DNA from: Perkinsus olseni
Taxonomy: Eukaryota
Direction of reading: 5' to 3'
Assembly (NCBI GenBank): GCA_013115125.1
Contig: JABANN010000235.1
Coordinates: 1-48,740 of the forward strand
DNA: 48,740 nucleotides
Position numbers and translations under genes: made by a program. Position 1 is the first letter of the stretch, and each line of letters starts with the position of its first letter. Below are positions 1 to 11,970 of this stretch, piece by piece. The notes beneath the pieces are model-generated. The model ran no database searches, was not told the origin of the DNA, and was given only the letters and a program-made list of their open reading frames with translations.

Positions 1-71
<71 letters not shown>

Positions 72-72
72 C
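1..72. repeat. (AAC)24 microsatellite running off the window edge
   Basis: Perfect AAC trinucleotide run, positions 1-72. Confidence 0.98.
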
Positions 73-199
73 GTCATACGGCAAGAAACACTGGCAGCAT
101 CATCGCCGTCGGGAATCAGGCTTTCTCTTTTTCGCTATACTCACAAATCGTCATTTTCAGAATTTCATGCGAACATTCTAATTTTCGGTCGATTTTCAC

Positions 200-3100
200 C
201 ATCAACTCCGCCGGGAACCGCCTCCATCGTGAATCGCCCTCGAGAACCTTCGCTCGCCACTTCCCGCTTGCGTTTTTACCATCCCCAGACGAACCCTCCA
301 CCCCAGTGACCCACCTTGCTTCTGTATATTAACTTGTACAGCGTGCTGGATCTGCAACATTCGTTCCACCGCCGAATTTTCGATGCTCTTCAACGAGACA
401 AGCGCGCCCTCGATCGTGCAGAGGAGGAACTGAGCTGGAGATATTATTCTTCAACCAACAGGTGCGCAATCCGACCTGATCTCCCTCCTCATCCGAGCGG
501 TTCGGAGTGGTCGTAGTAGATCGAAGGCTGCCAGGTCGAATGCAATTCACAAGAAGACCCAGATGGAGCTGCCCAACCGTCTGAGAGAACACAACCGCTA
601 CCGGTTATCAGGGGTCCACGAGGAGTCACCTGAAGGGAGTATCCAGGGGAGCCTGAGTGACTCTTGCCGATTTCTCTTTGCCTGACATCAACAGCAAACT
701 ATAGTGAAGAGCGCTCAACTTAAGTAGCTTCTCGGGACTCCTTCCGCGTCATCACTCTGGCCGCAAACTCCAAGAATTTATGAAATTTTGAGAATATTTT
801 CCCATGATCTTGAGCCTGCCTTCTTGAACTCTTGTCCCCAAACATTCTTTCCTCGGCAAAGAAAAAACGCCCTCAAAATTACTCACACCAGTGCGACAAA
901 CCTCCTACACCCGACGTAAGCCTACCTCTCCATAAGGAAGATATTAAATCGATCATCAGCAACGAGAATCTTCCCATTCGACAGGAACTGCAGGGCCGTC
1001 GGCCAGAGAGAGAACTCATAGCGAGCTGAGCGCGTGCAGAATCAGAAAGGTCCATGCCTGTTAGTGCCCTACCTAGCTCCGATAAGGATGAACTTTTTGG
1101 ATCGAACTGCAACAGCGTCACCCCTCTTGTCATGTCACCCACCGCCACGTTGTTGCTGACAAAATAATGTTCTCACCAACAACCACCAGTAGAATGGATT
1201 GCCTACCCCTGGACTTGCATGAAGATGGACGCTATATGGAGATGTCTTTTGGTGACAATCCCCAGTCGAAGACCCCCCTCAGGCTCCTGCTCGACCGCGT
1301 AAACCTCCACCACGTTGTTTACCGTACCTGGGAATAGTTTAGTAGGCAAGGAAGGACTCGGAGGTTAGTAGGAAAGAATCGATTCTGCAAGAGATTTATA
1401 CACGTGAAATGCGGTTCCAAAATCGATTCGGAGACCCCAGACAACCCTACACAGAAGGAAGGGTTTGCTGCTTCCCTCGTCCACCAATGAGGCCATCTGG
1501 TAGGGAACACCGGTAACTTCAATCACAGTCACTCGCTCGCACACCTTCGCGTCGGCCCCGCCGAGGAGTGACGCTGTCGGCTGAAGACGTGAGATCTCCT
1601 CTAATTGCTGCGTAAGGAGCTCACATCAATTCTGTACACTTTCACAAACCCCTTGGATGGCTCTGCTTCGTCAATCTCCGGAGGTTGAGCTGGTCCCGAT
1701 ACAACACACGATCCCACACAAAGATACCTGCCAGAAAAAAACTGAACCACGGGAGCGACTTCTCTCACCTACACGATACCGCTGTCTCCGGCATCGCCCA
1801 GGTCGAAGGTCGCCAAAGAGGACACCTACAGAGGGGGGGGGAGCAGGTGATGAACAACCAAAAGTGTAGGCTACAGCCGAATAGGTAGTGATGGTTCGAA
1901 CAATTCGCTCATAAGAAGTAAATGCTGTGATAATAACGAACTAAGTAGAAAAAAACATTCCCGAATGACCATCCCGAAAAATTTACACGACTTTTCTTCC
2001 AAGTGAGGGAAAAATTTCACAGATTTTCCAGTCCTAATTCGCCCTCATGCTCCGCCACGGCTCACCTCCACAGTACAGCCCGATTGTTCATCATCATCAT
2101 CATCATCATCACCCATCGTAACATCATATTCTCGCTCCTTCGCCGGGATCGAGCACATCTCCCGCAGACTCGAGCCGTTCACCAAACGCTACAACAAACT
2201 TCGCCAGCAAAGGGTTCGGGTGCAGTACTCACCACGGTCGATGATGATGATGCGCTTCCATCTCCATCGTTATCAGGTCTGCAGCAGTACACGAGATCCC
2301 TGGTCGACGCAACCAAACCACCACTCACGTATTCTCCTTATCTGCCAAGCCTTTATGTGCTCCCACCGTGATGGTGGAGACGGCGTAGATATCACCGGTG
2401 ACGTGTTCAACGCGCATCGCGGTTTGCCCTAGCAACGAGGAAATCATCGGCACCACATCAGCACGTCCAACCGCTCACCTCCACCGACTGGCCTGTGCCT
2501 CGTTTGCAGCTCACATGGCTCATCGGGGGTCAGAGCAGCAAAGGTCAGAGATGGCTAAAGATGATAAAAATTGTGCCGAGTTTCGATGAGATGAGCGGAG
2601 ATTGTGATACTAATGAAAGAGGACAAGAACCACCGCACAGCACGTGCAAAGATACCAAAAAGTTCTGACCCCTTCTTCACACACACCACCCTCCCTAGCC
2701 CGGAGTAGCGCGGCCAACTCACCTCAGAAGTAACCACTGCCAGCACTGCCGTCTGCTGACCACTCTGGCCACCAGTGACCGCAAAGGCATCATCATCTAA
2801 TTCAACCGCACACTCGATCGAAGCTCCTCCTTCAAGTGGATTCACGTTCCTCAGTATCAACTCCTTCCCTGCATCGTCAGCAGTGAGGAGGTACGGGTAG
2901 GAGCCTGAGAGTTGGCTAGCTTGGAAAGGTTACAATTGAGCCAGTTTGTTGACCTCTGACGAACAGGCCGTGAATGGAAGGCAACTTGGTGAGGACGACG
3001 GGCCGGATGCCACCCACGTCCACCTCCTGCAAAACGATGGAATAGCACTGATACCCTCGACAGAATGGAATTCTCGCCGGCCCAACCGCCGCTGGCGAGG

Positions 3101-6100
3101 GACTGCTCTACATATTAAAGCTTCACGCGAGTATTGGTTGCCATGGACTCTGCGGCCCGTCTGCTTCACACATGATATTCTTTAGACTAAAATGAGCGTG
3201 AGAGAAACGCGTTTGTAAAACTGACTTGACGTCTCGCGAGAGTCTCGGTCGCCTAATACAACCATTGAGATATAACAAGCGTTTGTGGTCTCTCACGGGA
3301 GACTTGCGCAGACGAGATTGGCTACACTTGCTCAGACTTGCACTAAGCACTGCCGCACTTTCACATCAGGGCGAGAAATATGGACGTACCGGGAATTGAG
3401 CCCGGGGCCTTCTGCATGCGAAGCAGACGTGGTACCCCTACACCACACGCCCTGTTGAAAACACAACCTCTATCATAGACTCGCCTTTCCCCGGGTCGCT
3501 CCACCTTAAATACTTTCAGTCCACAACTACACGCTAGTACTCATCCAACCCGGGCGGGGATCGAACAAACACAACCCGATCGAATCTCCCCGACCTACCC
3601 GGACAGTCCACCCCGGTGCTTCTGCGCTCTCCGACCACACCACAACCCGACCATCACCAAGACCACACACGACCACCACTCCCGACTGGGACGTGAGACC
3701 AACCGACCGCGCCGAAGTCACTACTATCGATCTGGCAATGAGCACCTCAGAAACGACAAATAAAACACACGCACTCACCTCGGGACTGAAGCCTCAGCTT
3801 TTGCTGAGCCCAATGGTATCTGAACGATCCGCTTGTCGCCCAAGATTAACAGAAATACATGTCCGCAGTACCCGCGAGGCGAACTCTCAACGCGGCTAAC
3901 GAAGTCAGTTGTTTGAGATTTCTGTGCACTGCACTTTCCGACCGAATTCGACAGGAAAGCCGACAACTGTAAAACTGGAGTCCACCCACAGTTGAAGTGT
4001 CGGAAAAAGTTGAGCTTCGCTCCGCTTGGATGAAGCAATCCAAGGAAAAATTGCTGGATTAACTTCCATCAGAAAACCAAGAGAAGCCCCTTCCTGCCCT
4101 TACTTCGAGTGGGTTGCGGAATCTTCCCCGACCTTGTTTGTGTTGTACCTCCTTCAACATAAGATACGGCAATGATGACTCCTCTCCAATTTTCGGCCAT
4201 AAACCAACAGCAAGCATACCCGAATCGGAGTCATACGCCACGCAGGAGGCTCCAAGCAACGGCCTAAAAAGCGAATCTTTCTACTCTATCTTTGCTTATG
4301 GTCAACCTAAGATATGCATAATCACAAAGTCCGATCAACCTACCTCCCAAATGACACCTGGCTAGATTCCACCCTACCCCCGTTCGCCATCTGATGTATC
4401 CAAGGTTGACCTTGGCACATCACAAATAAACTCCGCACAGCAAAGGATTCCCCTTACCCCGATCATCAATCGTTATCAAACTATTCCCATCGCCCGCAGC
4501 CACGACGAAGCGCCTTTTCTCTGGAGCGTCAGTCGAGTGCACCAAAACGGGCGGGGAAGAGGCCACGTCAACCCATCTAACCTGCAACAAAATTTCCAAA
4601 ATTTCCGGGAATTTCCAGAATTTTCCGATATTCGTCGCCTCTTTAATAAGCTGACAACGAATAATTTGAAAGTAAAAACGGGCTGGGAAGATAACAAGAG
4701 TAATTATGCTGAAATTCCAACCTGAAATTTTCCGGAAATTCTCCGATTTTTTCGCCTTCAACAAATACATCAAAACTGAGAAAGTGCCGAGAAAATAGTG
4801 AAAATATCTACACAGATATTTTCGACCCGAAGTTTTCTTCAACTCGTGAAAAATAGAAAATATCCAGGAAAAATCCTCCCGCCTCCGATGCTCCTACCAC
4901 ACGTTTCGTAACTTGTACTGCCAGGTGCGAGACCGCACCGCACCAGATGGACGGCTCATCACAGCAAAACTTGCCCGTAAGATCAAAAGTAACTGTAGGT
5001 CCACTCTGGCAGTCGACAGATGGCAAAGATACTACCTAGCTCAGCATCACTGCTGTCCTTATTGGTGACGAAACCGCAGACCGAAGTTGACGTTGCCAGG
5101 GATTGAACCTGCGTCCTCAATGATCATCTCCCTCTCACCTGGCGACCCCGACGATTATGCAAATTATTCCCCATAACTCGATAACAATCGCAATTTTTTA
5201 CCCCAACTTGATAACAATTGGCATATTTTACCCAATTTCATAAAAGATCCGAAATTCTTCACCCATAACTGCTGTAGTTAGCAATCGAAAATTTTTACCC
5301 CCAAAACCACTACAACGGGTTTTCCCCGCAAAACGATGACAATCCCCATTTTTGGCTACCAGCAAGCTTCTGCCCTGGCGCATCCTGATCGGCCACATCG
5401 TCGATACGTTCTGCCAAGCTACCGTGGCAAACTCCTTCATACCCAACCCAAGCCGGAGAGAACGTATCTTAGAGGAAGGACAACGTATCTTTGGAAGACT
5501 CGCAGCTCGAAAATTCTTGATAATATGAAAGATATTTCTGAAGAGGTTAACCCTAAGGCAAAAAATAAAAAATATAAAATTCTTCAAAAACGTAAACATT
5601 TTTTACCCGTGTTGCATGAACAAAAAAATTTTTCTCGCCGAAGAACGCTAAAAAACTACAAAATATGGAAAATTTTCATGATGCAGAGGTTGGGAGTGTG
5701 GAAAGTGAGTGGCCGTGCTCTGAGCTGTGCAACCCTCATGAGTGACAGAGCCATTGACCAGGCAGTGGCCTGTGTCTGCTGCCAACTAGTAGTTGGAGGC
5801 CACCACGGTTCAGTGGGACACGAGAGCTGCCCGACTCCATACCTGGTCCGGTCGAGTCAGCAGTCATACGGACATGATCACCCCATGATTGGGATAGTGA
5901 AGCAACCTGGGCATCTTGATTGCTGGTTCCTGGCTACACTGAGGTTGCCACCTTCTTTTCTTCCGAACGATCATTTAACCGTAAAAAACCTTAGTCGCCT
6001 CAATGCTCGGAGTTTGTGGACGTGAAGGGGCCGAGTCAGTTTCCTTGGGCGAGGAGTGAAGTTGCAATTAGTTGTGATAGTAGGTGTAATACTACAGTTT

Positions 6101-9100
6101 CCTAGAGTGGCAGAGCCGACTGGGGTGGTCCTCTGAGCCCTTGACGGGCTAGGGTTAGTATGAAGGCTCAATGATGAGGCTACTGTAAAAGTAGGAGCAG
6201 TAGAGTCAATGTAAGCGTCGTCCCTGAGGATGGTCTTATCGGCATCGCCGGTCTCGTCTGATACCATACTGCATCTCTGCGGAGATGTCTGAGAGCGCCG
6301 GCCGCAGTACCATCACGTGCGCGACTGCCTGTAATAAAAATGTAAAGGATGGAGACCAAAATAGAGTAAAAAAACCTTGAGCTAAGAAGATAGCGGAGGG
6401 CTGGGTCTAGCTCGCACCCACCATCATTACAGCCATACCTATACCTACCGCTTCATGGCTGTACCTATTGGCAATAGGCTATTGTTAGGGCCTCGCTGGC
6501 TCTAGCCTTGAACTCCATTGAACTACCGCGACTCTCTCGTAACCTGTGGCGCGCACAAGCCCCTCTTGTGCGCTCATAGGCTCAGCATGGCAATTCCGCC
6601 AATTCTCCTGCTTAAAAACGCTATCAACATGGAACGGTTCTTCATATTCTCCATCTCGGTGAAAGCTGCACGATTATTGGCAACAACAAGAGTGAGAAGC
6701 AGACGGTTCATGATAAGCTTTCTGCAGTGCCAGTGATTGTTAACAATTCATTGATGTGAAAGCGGAAGACTCTTCTGAAAATAGCGCCAAATGAGCTGCA
6801 GGAGACTCGCTGCGTAGGAGACTGTATACCACATTTCTACCAAAGCATATGCCAACTGGAGCAAGCGCACGTAATGCTAAAAATCGAGCAACCCCCGGAC
6901 TCACCGCAGAGGCCTCGTCGCGACCGGTGACCATCAGCATATCCTGCCTCCGTTTACCATCCAATTGTATGTCCAAGATGGGCGACAGTGACAGCTCTGC
7001 ATGGCTGAACAAGAGGCGCATCCGAGGTTGACTCGCGTTCAACACAGAAAAGCTGAGAGTATCGCGAGATCTCTGTTCCACTCGTCATCAGCTTTTCACT
7101 AACGTGAAACTATCTATATTAAGCCGAAAATTTTACAATCGCCAAGAAATTTCCGGGAAATTTTCTAGAAATTTCTCGCCAAACCCAACCATCACTCACA
7201 TAGTCCGCACATAAGATGCCGTATCCAAGTAGGGTTGAGGCTGACAAAAACGAAAATAAAGATACCACCAAAAACAATAAGTTACATAAATCCTGCAAAG
7301 TCGATGAGCATCTCCAACGTCACTCGCCACGAAAATCAGCTTTCCGTCCAAAAGAACAGCCACGGCTGAGCTAGCACCTTTCGAGACCGGTCCAAGCGTC
7401 TGAGGAGAAAAATATCATCACAATGCAAGAAATCCGACCCGCCAAAGATGGTCGGAAAAGGGAAGGAAAAACACTAATCGGGCGCTCGGCAGCCACCCCA
7501 ACAGTATCTTATGGTCGTTCATGCAAGTCACAGAAAATAAGATATTTCCGTAAGTACTCAATAGAATTTTCCACACCGAAACATGCCTTTCAAACATCAC
7601 TCGAACAGCTCTAATCGATCATTTTCCCGTACTCGACCTCGCAAGAAACGGTTGCTAGCTCAAAAAATAAATAACATGAATAGAACATGATAGATGATAC
7701 GATAAATTATCACAAGCCTCCCGTCCGAAGCAAACTCCCACCAGCACAATTTCCCTCAATATTTCCGGCGAAGATACCGGTCATTGAAACGGCGAAAACT
7801 GTTCATGTCACGCTTACCTCCAGAACAAGGGAGCTCTTTCCTGTCGATCCCGAAGGCCCTTTCCCAGCCACGCTGCTCTTCCCGCGCTGTCTAGCCGACC
7901 CAGCCCTTCGTCGCTTGCCCGACTTGCCTTTTCTGGTATCCCCTACATAATATCTACTCAGATCCTCTCCCCCTTCAAGCGACTCCGACCTGACCAAAAT
8001 CGATCACGCAATCGATTAAGAATATAGCCGTACTTATTGAGAGTATGCAGCCAACCTTCATCGTCAACTAGGAACCATTTTCCAGCCCCACTGTCAATCG
8101 CCACCTGCAAAGCAACAAATCGTAGATAAATCGTCCATCTTATGATCATGATGGAAATGATGATACCACATCTTCCCCAATTTCTCTGACACTATTCTGA
8201 CGCGACTATTCCCCAAGGAAGAGAGGGCGGCGGAGCAAGGTGAACTCAACCTGGCGGGAGCTGCAAACTTTGCGACGTAGGTCAAAAACATCGACAGGAC
8301 ACCCGGCACTACCGTGCCAGACGCTGACCTCTCACGATGAACGGCTCGGTGACGTACCCCGTCCCGCACGCATACACACGATTGTCTCCTGCGGCGGACT
8401 ACCGTGGATTTTCCTTCGACACACAGAGTGTATCGATTACTTAATACGCGAAGCGGCGTTTTCCCGCAAAGTGGAAATGCGAAAAAACGCGATGACACAT
8501 GGTAATGACGACCGTCCCCCGGGAAAACCGTCTTTTGCGAAAAATATCACAGACGAAAGACAAAATTAAATCCAAAAAACTTTCCTTCCAGGGCACCTCA
8601 CCTCAGTCGTCAACTTTGTGGTAATAAAATCGTCCGAATACTTTCCCTGGTCGATGTGATACTTCGAGATGGTTCGGGGACCTGCACGACCATAACAAGA
8701 GCCACTATTCTCCCAAGTAGCGTACCAACCGCAATCAGCTCTTGCCAGGATGAAGGTAGGATACGCTTCACCTGCCGCTCAGTGACATCTATTTTCGGAT
8801 AGGTATCTTGTGACGCCTGAGAAGCAAGAGTGAGTCAGTCAGATTCCGTAAAGTTCGAAACATTGCCGATCATTATTCGGCGGAAAATAGCAGAAAATGA
8901 GGATTTTTCCCATAAAAAATTTCGAAAAAAATATGATTCACATCCAGAATTCGCGCAACCATTCAAGTTCCATAACTCAACGAGCAGCCATACGCCGAAG
9001 TTCACGTCAGTTTTTCGGGAAAACGTTCTGAATTCACGCAAGCCTGGAAACTTCTGCTCGCTTCTTACCAACTCCAGTGTCTTCTCTTCGGTATCCAATT

Positions 9101-10783
9101 GATAAAATATAATTTTCAGCTCGGACGAAATCGGCTCCTCGTTAAATAATACCTATCAAAAAGACATAATTATAACACGATCACCCGTGGTATCCAAGGT
9201 CGATGCTGGCAAGATTCAGAAAGCACCTCTCCCACTTACCGCGAGAGTCACGCACTTCTTCTCCTTCCCTTCCCTCGGCGGCAGCATACACATGTCGATC
9301 GCCTAAAATCAATACCACTCCTTTCCCAACTCATCCCTGCCCTCACATCCGGAACGCTATCCATTCGATAAGCCTGCCCAGCAACCGGCGATCCGCCACC
9401 GCCCTGCTTCGACCTCAAGATACTATCAATATCAATCACAAACAGCTGACCTCGGAACAAGTGTATCTGGCGAACATCCACTGACTTTCTTCGGCGAGAT
9501 TAGGATGGCTCACCGCGATCGCGCCGCTCTCGTTATCATAGCAAACCGCATGGGAGGGTCGGAGACAGTTGTCAGTAGCAGGGTAGGGCTGACAATCACA
9601 ATATCGATCACACGATCGATTTCCCGGCCAGTATATCCCGAAGATATTCAATTTTAGCTCCGATTGACTCCGATCGCAAAGACGAGATATTTTCTCATTT
9701 TTTGACTGCGCGCGGAAATTGTCAATGCTCATGTGGTTTTTTTCCTCGTTCCGTTATCTCCTCATCCCCAAACTTCCAAAACTTCTCTTTCGCCCCGAAA
9801 ATCTTGAGAAATCCAGTTTCCTCCGAAATTTTTAAATACATCTTCCAGATTTTTTCCAACTTAATACCAACTTTTCCCCAACTCATCTCCCCTCATTTAC
9901 GTATAGATTGGCCAGCATCCCCGAGCACATCGTCTCCAAAGCCGTGGTGGAATCACCCCGGAATCTCCACAAACAAAATTGGCGCTTCGCCGTCGTGAAA
10001 AATATATACTCACTGAAAAAAATGGGGAGCATTCGTCCAACCACCCAGATCTGGTCGAAATTTGGTATGGATCCAAATAACGCGTGATTTTCTGTCAAAT
10101 TTACGAAGGAAGCGGTCTGGATGAAACGTCCGAATCGCGGAAGAGTACCTAGCTCGCACGGAGGACTCCTCCGGGAGGAGTTTCGTATCTTAAGCCAGCA
10201 TCAACCTAAGATACCCCCGCTCACTCGCGAACAACTTCCATCACCATTATCCTGCCCATAACTGGCACTTCCAATAGCGGCCCATTCTCCATGACACTGG
10301 CCGCCTGATACATCTTGCAATCTTGCTCTCACTTGCATTTCCTCAACTCACCGCCTCCTCCAGATCCGACCCATCAGCTCCCATCGTCTCATCGTTTTCA
10401 AATGGACCAAAAATTTGTATCTATTAATTGAACCGAAAATTCCCAAACCCGTATCGTAGAACGCGTAAAAATATCCGAAAACGTGTCTGAATCACGCACG
10501 ATTATATCATCCGATGAGAATCGATCGAAGATACTCCACACGTTCGCCCCCGGTATCTTATTACCCTATTTGTCACTCGCGCAACCACAAGATACCTCCC
10601 CTGCGCAATCGACCTCGCCGAGACCACCGCCGTTGACGGCTGCAAAGTCGACACATAAAATGCAGAAGTTCCGATTGGAGTGGTATCAGCCCCATCCTCA
10701 GATGATCCTTCCATCGGCACGTCGCTGGAGGTGGTGGGAGGAGGTGAAGACGTAGGAGTGGACGACGGCGAAGAAGAAGACAT
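200..10783 (-). CDS. DDB1: DNA damage-binding protein 1 (DDB1) homolog, multi-exon; 3' end unresolved near the window edge
   Basis: Exon peptides appear in DDB1 order from ATG 10783: FYVSTLQPSTAVVS (cf. YVVTAQKPTAV), LLEVPVMGRI, IHLFRGQLFVIDI, AIDMCML, VAIDSGAGKWFLVDDEGWL (cf. RYLLGDMEGRL), TLGPVSKGASSAVAVLLDGKLIFVASDVGD, LSPILDIQLD..MLMVTGRDEASA, IRSLRLGLGMKEFATVAWQNVSTMWPIR (cf. [28 protein letters not shown]), VCGLGDGRVVVW, VAVGDMTRGVTLLQF, FLLCTIEGALVSL, AVPGGVDG. Exons are flanked by GT/GC-AG. Confidence 0.88.
3381..3452 (-). tRNA. tRNA-Ala(CGC), inside a DDB1 intron
   Basis: GGGCGTG TG GTGTAGGGGTACCAC G TCTGC-TTCGCAT-GCAGA AGGCC CCGGG-CTCAATT-CCCGG TACGTCC A. 72 nt cloverleaf with the G3:U70 Ala identity pair. 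Atypical C at position 54. Confidence 0.88.
5168..5352. repeat. Degenerate ~30-bp intronic minisatellite
   Basis: CCCCATAACTCGATAACAATCGCAATTTTTA followed by CCCCAACTTGATAACAATTGGCATATTTTA and looser copies. Confidence 0.55.
5971..6711 (-). pseudogene. Decayed spliced gene nested in the ~1.4 kb DDB1 intron; signal-peptide-like start and Thr/Ser/Pro-rich tail
   Basis: Starts MNRLLLTLVVA. Two typical short GT-AG introns (6375-6329 and a ~46 nt one near 6270-6225). Removing the second joins AVAHVMVLRPALSDISAEMQ|DDAYIDSTAPTFTVASS in frame. Upstream joins contain stops. Confidence 0.4.
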
Positions 10784-10959
10784 CTTACCGTACACTGAGT
10801 TCTACAGCCGGAGGTCAACCTTCCCATTTCGACCGCGGGTGACGAGAACATTCTTTTGTCAAAAATCGAAGACGAGAGGTCGATTAGCGGACAGATACCA
10901 AATTTCCCCCAAATCATATACACGGTCAATCGCTACTTGTTGCGGCCAGCAGGAAAAGC

Positions 10960-11709
10960 TCACAAAGTATACTCGACCTCGTTGATCCCTTCCCGAGCAG
11001 TTTCCGTCTCCCCAATCACTTCCGAAATTTCGTGGCGCGCGAAATACTTCCACCTCAACTTCGATTATCACTACTACTGCACAGCACCGGCATCTCAGAA
11101 ACCCCTCATGCAAACATCACTTTCAATGCGACCGCAACGGCGGCTGCCGCATCTCACTAGCAGCCAGCGCTCTCATCAAAGTGGGCGACAGTCCAAGCCG
11201 TTGTTCATCCTGCCTATGCAACCTGAGGTCCCAGGTTCGATCCCTCCTTCCTCCACTTCTCCTACCTGCTCATATCACAAAATTTTTCCTCATATTTTTT
11301 CTCGTCTATTTCCGTCCGCGGCAGCCTCGAGTATCCATACGGAGTGAGATGGGACGGCCTCAGAAACCGAGTGCACACGAACGGCTGTCTTATAAGAATC
11401 TAAGGTCGACCCGTGCTTCACGCAGAATCCTAAGATACTACTGCGCATTTTCAAAATTCTCCCTGATTTTTTCAATCACAGACTGAAAATTCCCCACCGT
11501 CAATGATGCCATCGTTGAGCATGTGCACGCGTACGCCATACCACTCCTTCCACAACTCATACTACCGCCCACATCTTCTTCTGTTCAATAGCCGTCCTAT
11601 CCCGATTAGTAAAATACCGAGAGACCCTCGTCCATTTCCTCCGATAGATATTAAACACCAACTTGTTAATCCTCCTCGCCCTCAGCAGCGGTTGGGAACG
11701 TTGGAACAT
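10960..11709 (-). CDS. Small basic multi-exon protein, possibly mitochondrial; weak resemblance to ribosomal protein bL20
   Basis: Four exons join with consistent phases: MFQRSQPLLRARRINKLVFNIYRRKWTR|YELWKEWYGVRVHMLNDGIID|GFCVKHGSTLDSYKTAVRVHS|DEQRLGLSPTLMRALAA. 3' end uncertain. Confidence 0.65.
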
Positions 11710-11970
11710 ATCGGATGAATAACAATGATGATATCTTAATCGATCAACCGTTTCATAACTAATATTAAAAACTTCACCATAACCATAGCTAGCGTCAATC
11801 AACCAAATTTTATTCACAAAACTCCGCCAACCCAGTGTAATAAATTAATACCAAACCAAACAAGGTGAAAGATGCCCAATCTCAGTAACAGACAATAAGA
11901 AACACTATAGACAACCAAACGCCCTTCAATTTCGTGGCGCAGTGACGATTTCCTCATCATTCAGTTTGTT

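Noticed and set aside
5089..5117. tRNA T-arm-like GACGCAGGTTCAATCCCTGGCAACGTC on the minus strand
   Set aside because: It reads in frame as TQVQSLATS at the start of a probable DDB1 exon, so it is probably a coincidence.
5336..6025. 229-aa plus-strand ORF
   Set aside because: It is antisense to a DDB1 exon and runs through A/T-tract intron sequence. No recognisable protein features.
6376..6397. Possible spliced-leader relic (CTTAGCTCAAG resembles the SL end CTTGGCTCAAG)
   Set aside because: Only the last 11 nt match well. It is explained as an exon end before an ordinary 47-nt GT-AG intron. No full SL was seen in the window.
7921..7927. GC-AG introns (GCAAGT at 7927 and 18290; GCAAGC at ~39212) as a novelty
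   Set aside because: GC donors are well known in this lineage and in eukaryotes generally.
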